Source: a virus
Lineage: Duplodnaviria; Heunggongvirae; Uroviricota; Caudoviricetes
Direction: 5' to 3' (one strand)
DNA: 15,937 nt
IMG/VR virus record: IMGVR_UViG_2529292909_000010
Shown here one piece after another: positions 7,833 to 15,739 of the stretch (position 1 is the first letter of the stretch; each line of letters begins with the position of its first letter). A program made the position numbers and the translations under genes. Under the pieces are notes generated by a model that did no database searches, was not told the DNA's origin, and was given only the letters and a program-made list of their open reading frames with translations.

Positions 7833-8255
7833 GTGGCAAAAGTTTTTACACAAGAAGAGCGGGAAAAAATTAAAGGGCAGGTTGTTGAACTCGTACGCCA
7901 GAGTGGGCGCGAGACGTTACGACAACTGGAAACTAAAACTGGGGCAACAAGATATCTGATGAGCGTTCTGGCCAGAGAGCTGGTTGCCAGTGGCGATGTA
8001 TACAATTCTGGCTACGGGTTATTCCCGTCTGAACAGGCTCGTAAAGACTGGCAAAATGCCCGCAAAAAACTCTCAAGGGCAAAGCTGAAGAAACCATCTG
8101 CGGTTGATCCGGACCTTATCTGGTCATTACCAGATGGCGAAATACGCCGCTACGACAGGCGTCTGAACATAATCTGTCTCGAGTGCCGGAAGAGCGAAGT
8201 TATGCAGCGCGTACTGGCGTTTTATCAGGGGAATTTTGAGGAGGTGGTGCGGTGA
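7833..8255 (+). CDS. Hypothetical protein (140 aa), replication-module associated
   Basis: GTG start with strong CAGGAGGG Shine-Dalgarno; lies where a helicase loader would be expected but is too small and shows no Walker motifs. Confidence 0.55.
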   Translation: MAKVFTQEEREKIKGQVVELVRQSGRETLRQLETKTGATRYLMSVLARELVASGDVYNSGYGLFPSEQARKDWQNARKKLSRAKLKKPSAVDPDLIWSLPDGEIRRYDRRLNIICLECRKSEVMQRVLAFYQGNFEEVVR

Positions 8256-8506
8256 GTGAATCAAAATGCCAGGTTAATGGCAACAAGATAGAACCATGTG
8301 CAGCACTGGTAAAGTCCCTTGAGCATGATGCTGAATACACGATGCGAAAAGGTCTGCTGATATACAAAATCTGGAATGAGAGTTTAACTCGCGGTCCTGA
8401 TTTTGTGATGTTGCGTTCCGGTGAATTTTCTAAATTACCAGTTCGGGTTTCATTTTGTCCGTTCTGTGGTGAAAGTCTGAAAACGTGGGAGAACAGAAAT
8501 GAATGA
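8252..8506 (+). CDS. Hypothetical small protein with Cys cluster (84 aa)
   Basis: GTG start overlapping the previous stop (GTGA); C-terminal CPFCGES motif plus upstream cysteines suggest a zinc-ribbon. Confidence 0.45.
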   Translation: MSESKCQVNGNKIEPCAALVKSLEHDAEYTMRKGLLIYKIWNESLTRGPDFVMLRSGEFSKLPVRVSFCPFCGESLKTWENRNE

Positions 8507-8810
8507 AATTAAAGAAATACCAGTAGTACGTGATGAATATGGCTGCTGGACGCATCCTGAATATGAAAAATTCTGTGACGGTCGGGAATATATTTCAACG
8601 GAAGAGTTTAACGCCTGGATGGAGGAAAATAATCTTCAATACGTCCTCTGCTTCAGAGATGAAGGATGTGCTGACCTTGATGCGTGTGATGCTGATATTT
8701 CTGCATGGGAACCGGAACGACCAGAGGGCAATGGATGGTTTATTGGTTCAATACATGACACCGAAGATGGCCCGGTTTGTGTATGGCTGAGAAATAAGGC
8801 CGAAGCATAA
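8499..8810 (+). CDS. Hypothetical acidic protein (103 aa)
   Basis: ATG overlaps the previous stop (translational coupling); protein-like composition. Confidence 0.5.
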   Translation: MNEIKEIPVVRDEYGCWTHPEYEKFCDGREYISTEEFNAWMEENNLQYVLCFRDEGCADLDACDADISAWEPERPEGNGWFIGSIHDTEDGPVCVWLRNKAEA

Positions 8811-9115
8811 AGGCTATAAACCGACTAACAACTAAATACTGAAGATTTAAATCAGAAACGATTTTTATTAAATCCTTAACCGGAGGGATTCTGCACCCTC
8901 AGAACATCAGGAGGCCGTCTGAAAGGGCGGAACAGATAATGCTTACGTTGAAACATTTTATCGACATACCAACATGGTTAGCCGTCATTGCTTTTGTTAA
9001 AATACACATCCACTTTTCTGTGCAATGTTTAACCACTGGTCATATCAAATGGCATTCATGCGAACCATGATATAGAATCATGGCTTGAGAGAGTCGATGA
9101 AAGCGCAACTATGGT

Positions 9116-9694
9116 ATGAGAGACATTGATGTAAGAAAGGCTGTGCATGCCAAGATTCTGAGAGATCATCATAAAGATCCTGACACCCTAATCATTGATG
9201 AGTTTACGATGAATCTAGGGGCTAGCAGAGCTGATATAGCAGTGATCAATGGGCTTATACATGGTTATGAGTTGAAGAGCAAGAGTGATAACTTGCTCAG
9301 ATTACCAGCGCAGGTGCAACATTACTCATCAGTGATGGATAAAGTAACTTTGGTTGTCTCTGATTGCCATCTTTATGATGCTTTAAGCATAGTTCCATCA
9401 TGGTGGGGGATAAAGCAAGTTACGCAAGGTGCACGGCAAGGTATCCATTTAAAAACAATTCGAACTAGCAAGTTGAATCCACAAGTGGACAAACTTTCCT
9501 TAACAATGCTTCTTTGGAAAGATGAATTGCTTTCCCTATTAAGTGATGTAGGGGAGCTACAGAATTTGAAAAATAAACCTAAACGCGTCTTATGGTCAAA
9601 ACTCGCCAATAGTATGGATGTTGGCGAGCTTCGTGAAGCTGTTCGAGTTAAACTTAAAGCCCGTAAAGAGTGGCGAGTTGCTCAACAACCTTAG
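9116..9694 (+). CDS. Putative PD-(D/E)xK-fold nuclease-like protein (192 aa), accessory cargo gene
   Basis: AT-rich ORF; motif arrangement E(IIDEF)...D(RADIAV)...E-x-K(GYELKS) fits a restriction-endonuclease-like active site; may belong to the family usually annotated 'sce7726 family' (unverified recollection). Confidence 0.6.
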   Translation: MRDIDVRKAVHAKILRDHHKDPDTLIIDEFTMNLGASRADIAVINGLIHGYELKSKSDNLLRLPAQVQHYSSVMDKVTLVVSDCHLYDALSIVPSWWGIKQVTQGARQGIHLKTIRTSKLNPQVDKLSLTMLLWKDELLSLLSDVGELQNLKNKPKRVLWSKLANSMDVGELREAVRVKLKARKEWRVAQQP

Positions 9695-10751
9695 TTATGT
9701 GATGGTTTTGCCCAATCCTACGCCATACCTCTGGGCTACCAAATTTATAGTTACCAGAGGGATTGGCTTTGTAGGCTTGATACTCGTTTGCATAATATTC
9801 TATGTCTCTATCTCCCGCACAGAATGTAGGCCCTGAATATTCTCGATGAGCAAGAATATCCTCACTATGTTTACCATATTGTTCATAACCAAAGCGATTA
9901 GCTACTCTTCCTCGAAATACCCAAAAGTCATTATCTCCAGAGTATCTGACGCTGGCAGATACGCTAGGGAATCGCGTCGAAAGCCTATTAAAGTCGGGGT
10001 GCTGTACTCCATAATCACTATAAATCACATTTCTGGCAAGTTCTTTTCTATTCATTAAACTCTGCCATAAAATCCACTCGATTCGAGGTTGAGAATATAG
10101 ACCAACAGAAATATCACTGAGATCTGTAGGAAATGAACCCCCAGAAAGAATCACTTTTCTGTATTCATTGAGGTGCGCCAGATTGTTTATCAATCCCATT
10201 GCCAAAGTATATAGTTCGCCGGAATTAATTTTATCCTCGGTTAACTCATCTCTTAAGTCAATAATTATATCAATATTTGATAAAGGAATTCCCAGATGAT
10301 TAATGTAATGCGTTATTAATTGTGGGTTAACCAGATCTAACGTGGTTAATCTCAAGCATATTTCATTCTGCATTAATTCATCAATCGCTCTTTTATAGTT
10401 AGATGGGCGAGTTGGTGAACTGACAGGAATAACTCTTATCCCCATATCTCTAACTTGATTAACCGCATTTATTATAGGGTAATGATCTTCAGGAGAAATA
10501 AAATGCTCTTCAATTAATAATCCATCAATATAAACACCTTGCATATCTGAGCAAGATTTTGAGACTTTCTTTCCGAACTCTATAAGAGTCTCGTTATAAC
10601 TCTTTAAGGCAATACCTGAATCAGGGTCAATTGGCACTGGTTCAATTTCGAGTAATGGCAAAATTTTTGATTTCTTTTCAATGGATAGCTGCGATAAAGC
10701 TGATAACTCAGAACGTTTCGCTTTCAGAATAGGAATATATGAAATTGTCAT
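9654..10751 (-). CDS. Large uncharacterised partner protein (365 aa), possibly P4 'beta'-family-like
   Basis: AT-rich ORF convergent with the 192-aa gene, 3' ends overlapping by 41 bp; no motif I can assign; the family assignment is an unverified recollection. Confidence 0.6.
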   Translation of the reverse strand: MTISYIPILKAKRSELSALSQLSIEKKSKILPLLEIEPVPIDPDSGIALKSYNETLIEFGKKVSKSCSDMQGVYIDGLLIEEHFISPEDHYPIINAVNQVRDMGIRVIPVSSPTRPSNYKRAIDELMQNEICLRLTTLDLVNPQLITHYINHLGIPLSNIDIIIDLRDELTEDKINSGELYTLAMGLINNLAHLNEYRKVILSGGSFPTDLSDISVGLYSQPRIEWILWQSLMNRKELARNVIYSDYGVQHPDFNRLSTRFPSVSASVRYSGDNDFWVFRGRVANRFGYEQYGKHSEDILAHREYSGPTFCAGDRDIEYYANEYQAYKANPSGNYKFGSPEVWRRIGQNHHITKVVEQLATLYGL

Positions 10752-11103
10752 GTTAATACCTTATACAGAATCAATTAACAATTAATGGTTCTTCGGACAT
10801 TGAAATTTATATCGCAAAAATTGGCAAACTCTCCTCGACTACTCACTTGTGGGTATCCTGGCGTAAAAGGAATGACTTGGCAATACCCGGTGTGATCATA
10901 AGTCATTGAAAATGATCATTTTTATCAGTCTTTCTTCCATGATGAATGCTAATGCCATTTGATTTGTTGAGGTGAAAACTGTTAAAAATCAAAACGATGT
11001 AATTGAAATGAACGTTCGGTAGCATTCACGCTTTAAATGTTTCTTTTGTGCTGATTGGATGAATTTGGGTCACTTCTGATGAGAGATGTTGCAGGAAAAG
11101 AAG

Positions 11104-11132
11104 TTGGCATTGATCTATTGGATAGTTAGAAT
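11104..11132 (+). promoter_or_regulatory. Putative hok mRNA promoter
   Basis: TTGGCA (11104-11109), 17-nt spacer, TAGAAT (11127-11132), just upstream of a leader (gcgggtgcttgaggctatctgcctcaggc) that resembles the remembered 5' end of plasmid R1 hok mRNA. Confidence 0.4.
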
Positions 11133-11308
11133 TGCTGCGGGTGCTTGAGGCTATCTGCCTCAGGCATGAACACCAAAAGGCAGATAGAGAAAAGCCCCAG
11201 TTAACATTACGCGTCCGGCAAGACGCTTAACATTAATCTGAGGCCAATTTCATGCTTTGCACATGTAGGTTAGCCTCTTACGTGCCGAAAGGCAAGGAGA
11301 AGCAGGCT

Positions 11309-11464
11309 ATGAAGCAGCAAAAGGCGATGTTAATCGCCCTGATCGTCATCTGTTTAACCGTCATAGTGACGGCACTGGTAACGAGGAAAGACCTCTGCGA
11401 GGTACGAATCCGAACCGGCCAGACGGAGGTCGCTGTCTTCACAGCTTACGAACCTGAGGAGTAA
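11309..11464 (+). CDS. hokD: Hok/Gef-family type I toxin (51 aa)
   Basis: MKQQKAMLIALIVICLTVIVTALVTRKDLCEVRIRTGQTEVAVFTAYEPEE: single transmembrane helix plus conserved C-terminal region typical of Hok/Gef; AGGAG Shine-Dalgarno before the ATG at 11309; the upstream leader resembles the R1 hok leader. The hokD symbol is from memory of the K-12 sequence and could be another hok paralogue. Confidence 0.85.
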   Translation: MKQQKAMLIALIVICLTVIVTALVTRKDLCEVRIRTGQTEVAVFTAYEPEE

Positions 11465-11476
11465 GAGACCAGGCGG

Positions 11477-11486
11477 GGGAGAATCC
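11477..11486. repeat. Target-site duplication, left copy (GGGAGAATCC)
   Basis: The identical 10-mer directly abuts both ends of the IS element. Confidence 0.55.
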
Positions 11487-12826
11487 CATAAGCGCTAACT
11501 TAAGGGTTGTGGTATTACGCCTGATATGATTTAACGTGCCGATGAATTACTCTCACGATAACTGGTCAGCAATTCTGGCCCATATTGGTAAGCCCGAAGA
11601 ACTGGATACTTCGGCACGTAATGCCGGGGCTCTAACCCGCCGCCGCGAAATTCGTGATGCTGCAACTCTGCTACGTCTGGGGCTGGCTTACGGCCCCGGG
11701 GGAGTGTCATTACGTGAAGTCACTGCATGGGCGTCAGCTCCATGACGTTGCAACATTATCTGACGTGGCTCTCCTGAAGCGGCTGCGGAATGCCGCCGAC
11801 TGGTTTGGCATACTTGCCGCACAAACACTTGCTGTACGCGCCGCAGTTACGGGTTGTACAAGCGGAAAGAGATTGCGTCTTGTCGATGGAACAGCAATCA
11901 GTGCGCCCGGGGGCGGCAGCGCTGAATGGCGACTACATATGGGATATGATCCTCATACCTGTCAGTTCACTGATTTTGAGCTAACCGACAGCAGAGACGC
12001 TGAACGGCTGGACCGATTTGCGCAAACGGCAGACGAGATACGCATTGCTGACCGGGGATTCGGTTCGCGTCCCGAATGTATCCGCTCACTTGCTTTTGGA
12101 GAAGCTGATTATATCGTCCGGGTTCACTGGCGAGGATTGCGCTGGTTAACTGCAGAAGGAATGCGCTTTGACATGATGGGTTTTCTGCGCGGGCTGGATT
12201 GCGGTAAGAACGGTGAAACCACTGTAATGATAGGCAATTCAGGTAATAAAAAAGCCGGAGCTCCCTTTCCGGCACGTCTCATTGCCGTATCACTTCCTCC
12301 CGAAAAAGCATTAATCAGTAAAACCCGACTGCTCAGCGAGAATCGTCGAAAAGGACGAGTAGTTCAGGCGGAAACGCTGGAAGCAGCGGGCCATGTGCTA
12401 TTGCTAACATCATTACCGGAAGATGAATATTCAGCAGAGCAAGTGGCTGATTGTTACCGTCTGCGATGGCAAATTGAACTGGCTTTTAAGCGGCTCAAAA
12501 GTTTGCTGCACCTGGATGCTTTGCGTGCAAAGGAACCTGAACTCGCGAAAGCGTGGATATTTGCTAATCTACTCGCCGCATTTTTAATTGACGACATAAT
12601 CCAGCCATCGCTGGATTTCCCCCCCAGAAGTGCCGGATCCGAAAAGAAGAACTAACTCGTTGTGGAGAATAACAAAAATGGTCATCTGGAGCTTACAGGT
12701 GGCCATTCGTGGGACAGTATCCCTGACAGCCTACAAAACGCAATTGAAGAACGCGAGGCATCGTCTTAACGAGGCACCGAGGCGTCGCATTCTTCAGATG
12801 GTTCAACCCTTAAGTTAGCGCTTATG
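11487..12826 (+). mobile_element. IS186-like insertion sequence (IS4 family), about 1340 bp
   Basis: Terminal inverted repeats cataagcgctaacttaagggttg (11487-11509) and its reverse complement (12804-12826); internal transposase matches the IS186 InsL sequence as I remember it; flanked by a 10-bp direct repeat in GC-rich target DNA. Confidence 0.8.
11542..12655 (+). pseudogene. IS186 transposase, apparently frameshifted (N-terminal about 67 aa in one frame, remaining about 330 aa in another)
   Basis: ORF 11536..11745 encodes the canonical N-terminus (MNYSHDNWSAILAHIGKPEEL...) then terminates; ORF 11654..12655 continues the protein (...QLHDVATLSDVALLKRL...) in a different frame; the junction is near gggcgtcagctcc (about 11731-11743), where one extra base relative to the remembered sequence would account for the shift. 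Confidence 0.5.
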
Positions 12827-12836
12827 GGGAGAATCC
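12827..12836. repeat. Target-site duplication, right copy (GGGAGAATCC)
   Basis: Identical to 11477-11486. Confidence 0.55.
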
Positions 12837-12883
12837 CTCGCCACCTCTGATGTGTCAGGCATCCTCAACGCACCCGCACTTAA

Positions 12884-12908
12884 CCCGCTTCGGCGGGTTT
12901 TGTTTTTT
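12884..12908 (+). terminator. Rho-independent terminator, probably the original hok transcript terminator displaced by the IS186 insertion
   Basis: GC-rich hairpin cccgc-ttcg-gcggg followed by ttttgtttttt. Confidence 0.6.
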
Positions 12909-12980
12909 CCTAGCATTCTGGTTTACAATTCGCACGCCAGCCTGAACAACTGGCACCTGCTGCGCCAGCAGAGACAACCG

Positions 12981-13259
12981 ATGGCGCACGATACCAAATT
13001 ACACAATTCTGATGATTCTGCCGTCTTTGCCAGCAGGCACGGGCGGCGTTCCCGCACTTTCAAATCTGACTGGTTCCAGCATCCCCCATGCACTGAAGAA
13101 CAGGCCGAGTGGCTAATTCAGTGCTACCGCAGACACGGATACGAGATTAAGAAAGCCCTCAGCCTCGATTATCGTCACTGGATAATCTCCGTCAGGCTTC
13201 CTTACTCCGAGCGCCCACCGCGTCCGTCCCGCACATTCCAGCAACGCATCTGGAGGTAA
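12981..13259 (+). CDS. Hypothetical small protein (about 92 aa from the ATG at 12981)
   Basis: The ORF extends upstream to 12852 but would then span the terminator; the ATG at 12981 is the first plausible start; sits where rem lies in Qin-type prophages (recollection). Confidence 0.4.
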   Translation: MAHDTKLHNSDDSAVFASRHGRRSRTFKSDWFQHPPCTEEQAEWLIQCYRRHGYEIKKALSLDYRHWIISVRLPYSERPPRPSRTFQQRIWR

Positions 13260-13260
13260 C

Positions 13261-14310
13261 GTGCGGGTATTACTTCGACCTGTTCTGGTACCGGAACTCG
13301 GGCTGGTGATCGTTAAGCCGGGCCGTGAATCCATGCCGGTATTCCACAATACCCGGGTACTGGTGGAGCCGGAACCGAAAAGCATGCGTAATCTGCCGTC
13401 CGGGGTTGTTCCTGCCGTTCACCAGCCGCTAGTGGAAGACAAAACATTGCTGCCGTTTTTCAGTAACGCACGGGTGATTAGTGCTGCTGGTGGTGCTGGT
13501 GCATTGTCTGACTGGCTGTTGCGCCATATTAAATCCTGCCAGTGGCCACACGGCGATTATCATCACAGCGAAACCGTCATTCACCGTTATGGTACCGGCG
13601 CAATGGTGTTGTGCTGGCACTGCGACAACCAGCTGCGTGACCAGACATCCGAATCACTCGAGCAACTTGCTTATCAAAACCTGTCAGCATGGATGATTGA
13701 CGTCATCGGTCACGCAATAAGCGGTACGCAGGAGCGTGAATTATCTTTGGCTGAATTATCCTGGTGGGCGGTCCGCAATCAGGTGGCGGACGCGCTACCG
13801 GAAGCGGTATTACGTCGTTCGCTGGGGTTGCGTGCGGAAAAAATCCGCTCAATGTACCGTGAAAGCGACATCGTACCGGGAGAGCAGACCGCCACCAGCA
13901 TACTGAAACAGCGCACAAAAAATCTTGCGCCGCTGCCTCACGCCCACCAGCAACAGAACCCACCACAGGAAAAGACGGTGGTCAGCATTGCCGTTGATCC
14001 TGAGTCTCCGGAATCTTTCATGAAACGACCTAAACGTCGCCGCTGGGTTAACGAGAAATACACACGCTGGGTGAAGACACAGCCGTGTGCGTGTTGTAGT
14101 AAGCCAGCCGACGATCCCCATCACCTGATTGGTCATGGTCAGGGCGGAATGGGAACAAAATCCCACGATATTTTCACGCTACCGCTGTGTCGGGAGCATC
14201 ACAACGAGCTTCATGCGGATCCGCTGGCGTTCGAAGAAAAGCATGGTTCTCAGGTTGATTTAATTTTTCGTTTTCTTGATCACGCCTTTGCAACTGGCGT
14301 GCTTGGGTAA
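13261..14310 (+). CDS. DUF968/YdfU-like protein with C-terminal Cys/His (HNH-like) cluster (349 aa)
   Basis: GTG start with GGAGG Shine-Dalgarno; C-terminal motif QPCACCSKPADDPHHLIGHG...LPLCREHHNELH; resembles Qin YdfU (recollection). Confidence 0.65.
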   Translation: MRVLLRPVLVPELGLVIVKPGRESMPVFHNTRVLVEPEPKSMRNLPSGVVPAVHQPLVEDKTLLPFFSNARVISAAGGAGALSDWLLRHIKSCQWPHGDYHHSETVIHRYGTGAMVLCWHCDNQLRDQTSESLEQLAYQNLSAWMIDVIGHAISGTQERELSLAELSWWAVRNQVADALPEAVLRRSLGLRAEKIRSMYRESDIVPGEQTATSILKQRTKNLAPLPHAHQQQNPPQEKTVVSIAVDPESPESFMKRPKRRRWVNEKYTRWVKTQPCACCSKPADDPHHLIGHGQGGMGTKSHDIFTLPLCREHHNELHADPLAFEEKHGSQVDLIFRFLDHAFATGVLG

Positions 14311-14322
14311 AAGAGGTGACTG

Positions 14323-14697
14323 ATGCTCATAGATTTGGTTTTACCTTACCCGCCGACGGTGAACACTTACTGGCGACGCCGTGGCAGCACATATTTTATC
14401 TCGGAGGAGGGAAAGCGTTATCGCCGGGCTGTGGCGCTTATTGTTCGCCAGCAGCGGCTGAAATTAAGCCTGTCCGGAAGGCTGGCGATAAAGGTGATTG
14501 CAGAGCCACCGGATAAGCGTCGTCGCGACCTGGACAATATCCTGAAAGCACCGCTGGATGCGCTGACGCACGCGGGGTTGTTAATGGACGATGAGCAGTT
14601 TGATGAAATCAATATTGTACGTGGAAAGCCAGTATCTGGTGGACGTCTGGGGGTGAAGATTTACCCCATAATGCTTGAAGGGCAGGTCAAAAAATGA
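14323..14697 (+). CDS. rusA: RusA-family Holliday junction resolvase (124 aa)
   Basis: Conserved-looking PDKRRRDLDNILKAPLDALT segment and overall length typical of RusA; AAGAGGTGA Shine-Dalgarno; stop overlaps the start of the antiterminator gene (ATGA). Confidence 0.85.
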   Translation: MLIDLVLPYPPTVNTYWRRRGSTYFISEEGKRYRRAVALIVRQQRLKLSLSGRLAIKVIAEPPDKRRRDLDNILKAPLDALTHAGLLMDDEQFDEINIVRGKPVSGGRLGVKIYPIMLEGQVKK

Positions 14698-15497
14698 AAC
14701 TGGAAGATTTACCGAAATACTACTCCCCAAAATCCCCTGGCCTGACCGATGCATCGGCCTCAACGTCAAAAGATGCGCTGAGTATCACTGATGTGATGGC
14801 CGCGCAGGGCATGACACAGAATCGGGCTGAGATGGGGTTTTCTGCGTTCCTTGGGAAAATGGGCATTAGTATGAATGACAGAGAGCGGGCAACAGAATTG
14901 CTGACAGAATATGCACTCAGTCGGTGTGATCGCGTGGCGGCGTTAAGAAAACTCCCGGCAGAAATAAAACCGGCAGTAATGCGTATTATGGCTTCGTATG
15001 CGTTTGAAGATTATGCCCGTAGCGCGGCGAGCAAAAAACAGTGCCCCTGCTGTCACGGAAAAAAATTTATTGAAAGCGAGGTTTTTACAAACAAGATCCA
15101 GTATCCGGATGGTAAGCCGCCAGTGTGGGCAAAGTGCACAAAAGGCGTGTATCCGTCTTACTGGGAGGAATGGAAAAAAGTCAGGGAGGTGGTAAAAGTT
15201 GCCTGTCCGGAGTGTGGAGGGAAGGGAGAGGTATCCACTGCCTGTAAAGATTGTCGTGGGCGCGGTGTTGCCATTCATCGTGAAGAGTCGGAAAAACAGG
15301 GTGTGCCGGTTTTCAGAAACTGTCAGCGTTGTGGTGGGCGTGGCTATGAAAGATTACCTTCAACGGAGGCATTTAATGCCATATGTAATGTAACCGATGC
15401 CATATCTCTTGATACATGGAAAAAACAGTTAAACGTTTTTACGATACGCTGGTGGTGCAGTTTGATATTGAAGAAGCATGGGCAGAACAACAACTGA
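14694..15497 (+). CDS. Late-gene antiterminator, Q-like (QuuQ-type, 267 aa)
   Basis: Several CxxC pairs (CPCCHGKK; CPECGGKG; CKDCRGRG; CQRCGGRG); position immediately after rusA and before a promoter/terminator-like intergenic region; resembles Qin QuuQ (recollection). Confidence 0.65.
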   Translation: MKLEDLPKYYSPKSPGLTDASASTSKDALSITDVMAAQGMTQNRAEMGFSAFLGKMGISMNDRERATELLTEYALSRCDRVAALRKLPAEIKPAVMRIMASYAFEDYARSAASKKQCPCCHGKKFIESEVFTNKIQYPDGKPPVWAKCTKGVYPSYWEEWKKVREVVKVACPECGGKGEVSTACKDCRGRGVAIHREESEKQGVPVFRNCQRCGGRGYERLPSTEAFNAICNVTDAISLDTWKKQLNVFTIRWWCSLILKKHGQNNN

Positions 15498-15519
15498 AAA
15501 AGGTGACCAGATAGCTTTG

Positions 15520-15618
15520 TTGATTTTTCCCGAATCTGTGGTAAATTTGCCCTAACGATGGGCGTTTTATGCCTGACGTTAGAAGATTTTTACACCCGTC
15601 GCCAGGCGGGTTTTTTTA
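15520..15618 (+). promoter_or_regulatory. Putative late promoter (PR'-like) with downstream intrinsic terminator (tR'-like)
   Basis: TTGATT (15520-15525), 16-nt spacer, TAAATT (15542-15547); downstream hairpin cccgtc-gcca-ggcggg (15595-15610) followed by a T7 run (15611-15617). Confidence 0.3.
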
Positions 15619-15739
15619 TGACTGAAATCACGCCAGTACAGTAAACGCGCTGGTGGCGGTGAATACCGGTCTTTCAGCTTGCTGGCTTTTTTGACAAGAG
15701 TTATTGGTGTGTCACGTTAACCGGAAAAGGGAAAAAGAC

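Noticed and set aside
8860-8960. Possible intrinsic terminator after the replication module (hairpin gaggg-attctgcac-ccctc)
   Set aside because: Short 5-bp stem with a long loop and no following T-run; not convincing as a rho-independent terminator.
11252-11308. N-terminal extension of hok from the upstream in-frame ATG (70-aa ORF)
   Set aside because: The Shine-Dalgarno AGGAG sits immediately before the internal ATG at 11309 and Hok-family toxins are about 50 aa; the upstream region is more likely leader or mok-like regulatory sequence.
11967-12275. Minus-strand 102-aa ORF inside IS186
   Set aside because: Lies antisense within the transposase coding region; no evidence that it is a gene.
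13703-14166. Minus-strand ORFs (87 and 105 aa) inside the DUF968/YdfU-like gene
   Set aside because: Fully embedded antisense to a long ORF with a conserved-looking C-terminal motif; Arg/Trp-rich translations typical of GC-rich antisense frames.
14943-15278. Minus-strand 111-aa ORF inside the Q-like gene
   Set aside because: Antisense to the CxxC-rich antiterminator ORF; no independent support.
15500-15703. Possible tRNA gene downstream of the Q-like gene, as often found in lambdoid prophages
   Set aside because: No cloverleaf-compatible segment recognised by eye (no GTTC-type T-arm with matching acceptor stem); a tRNA scan would be needed to exclude it formally.
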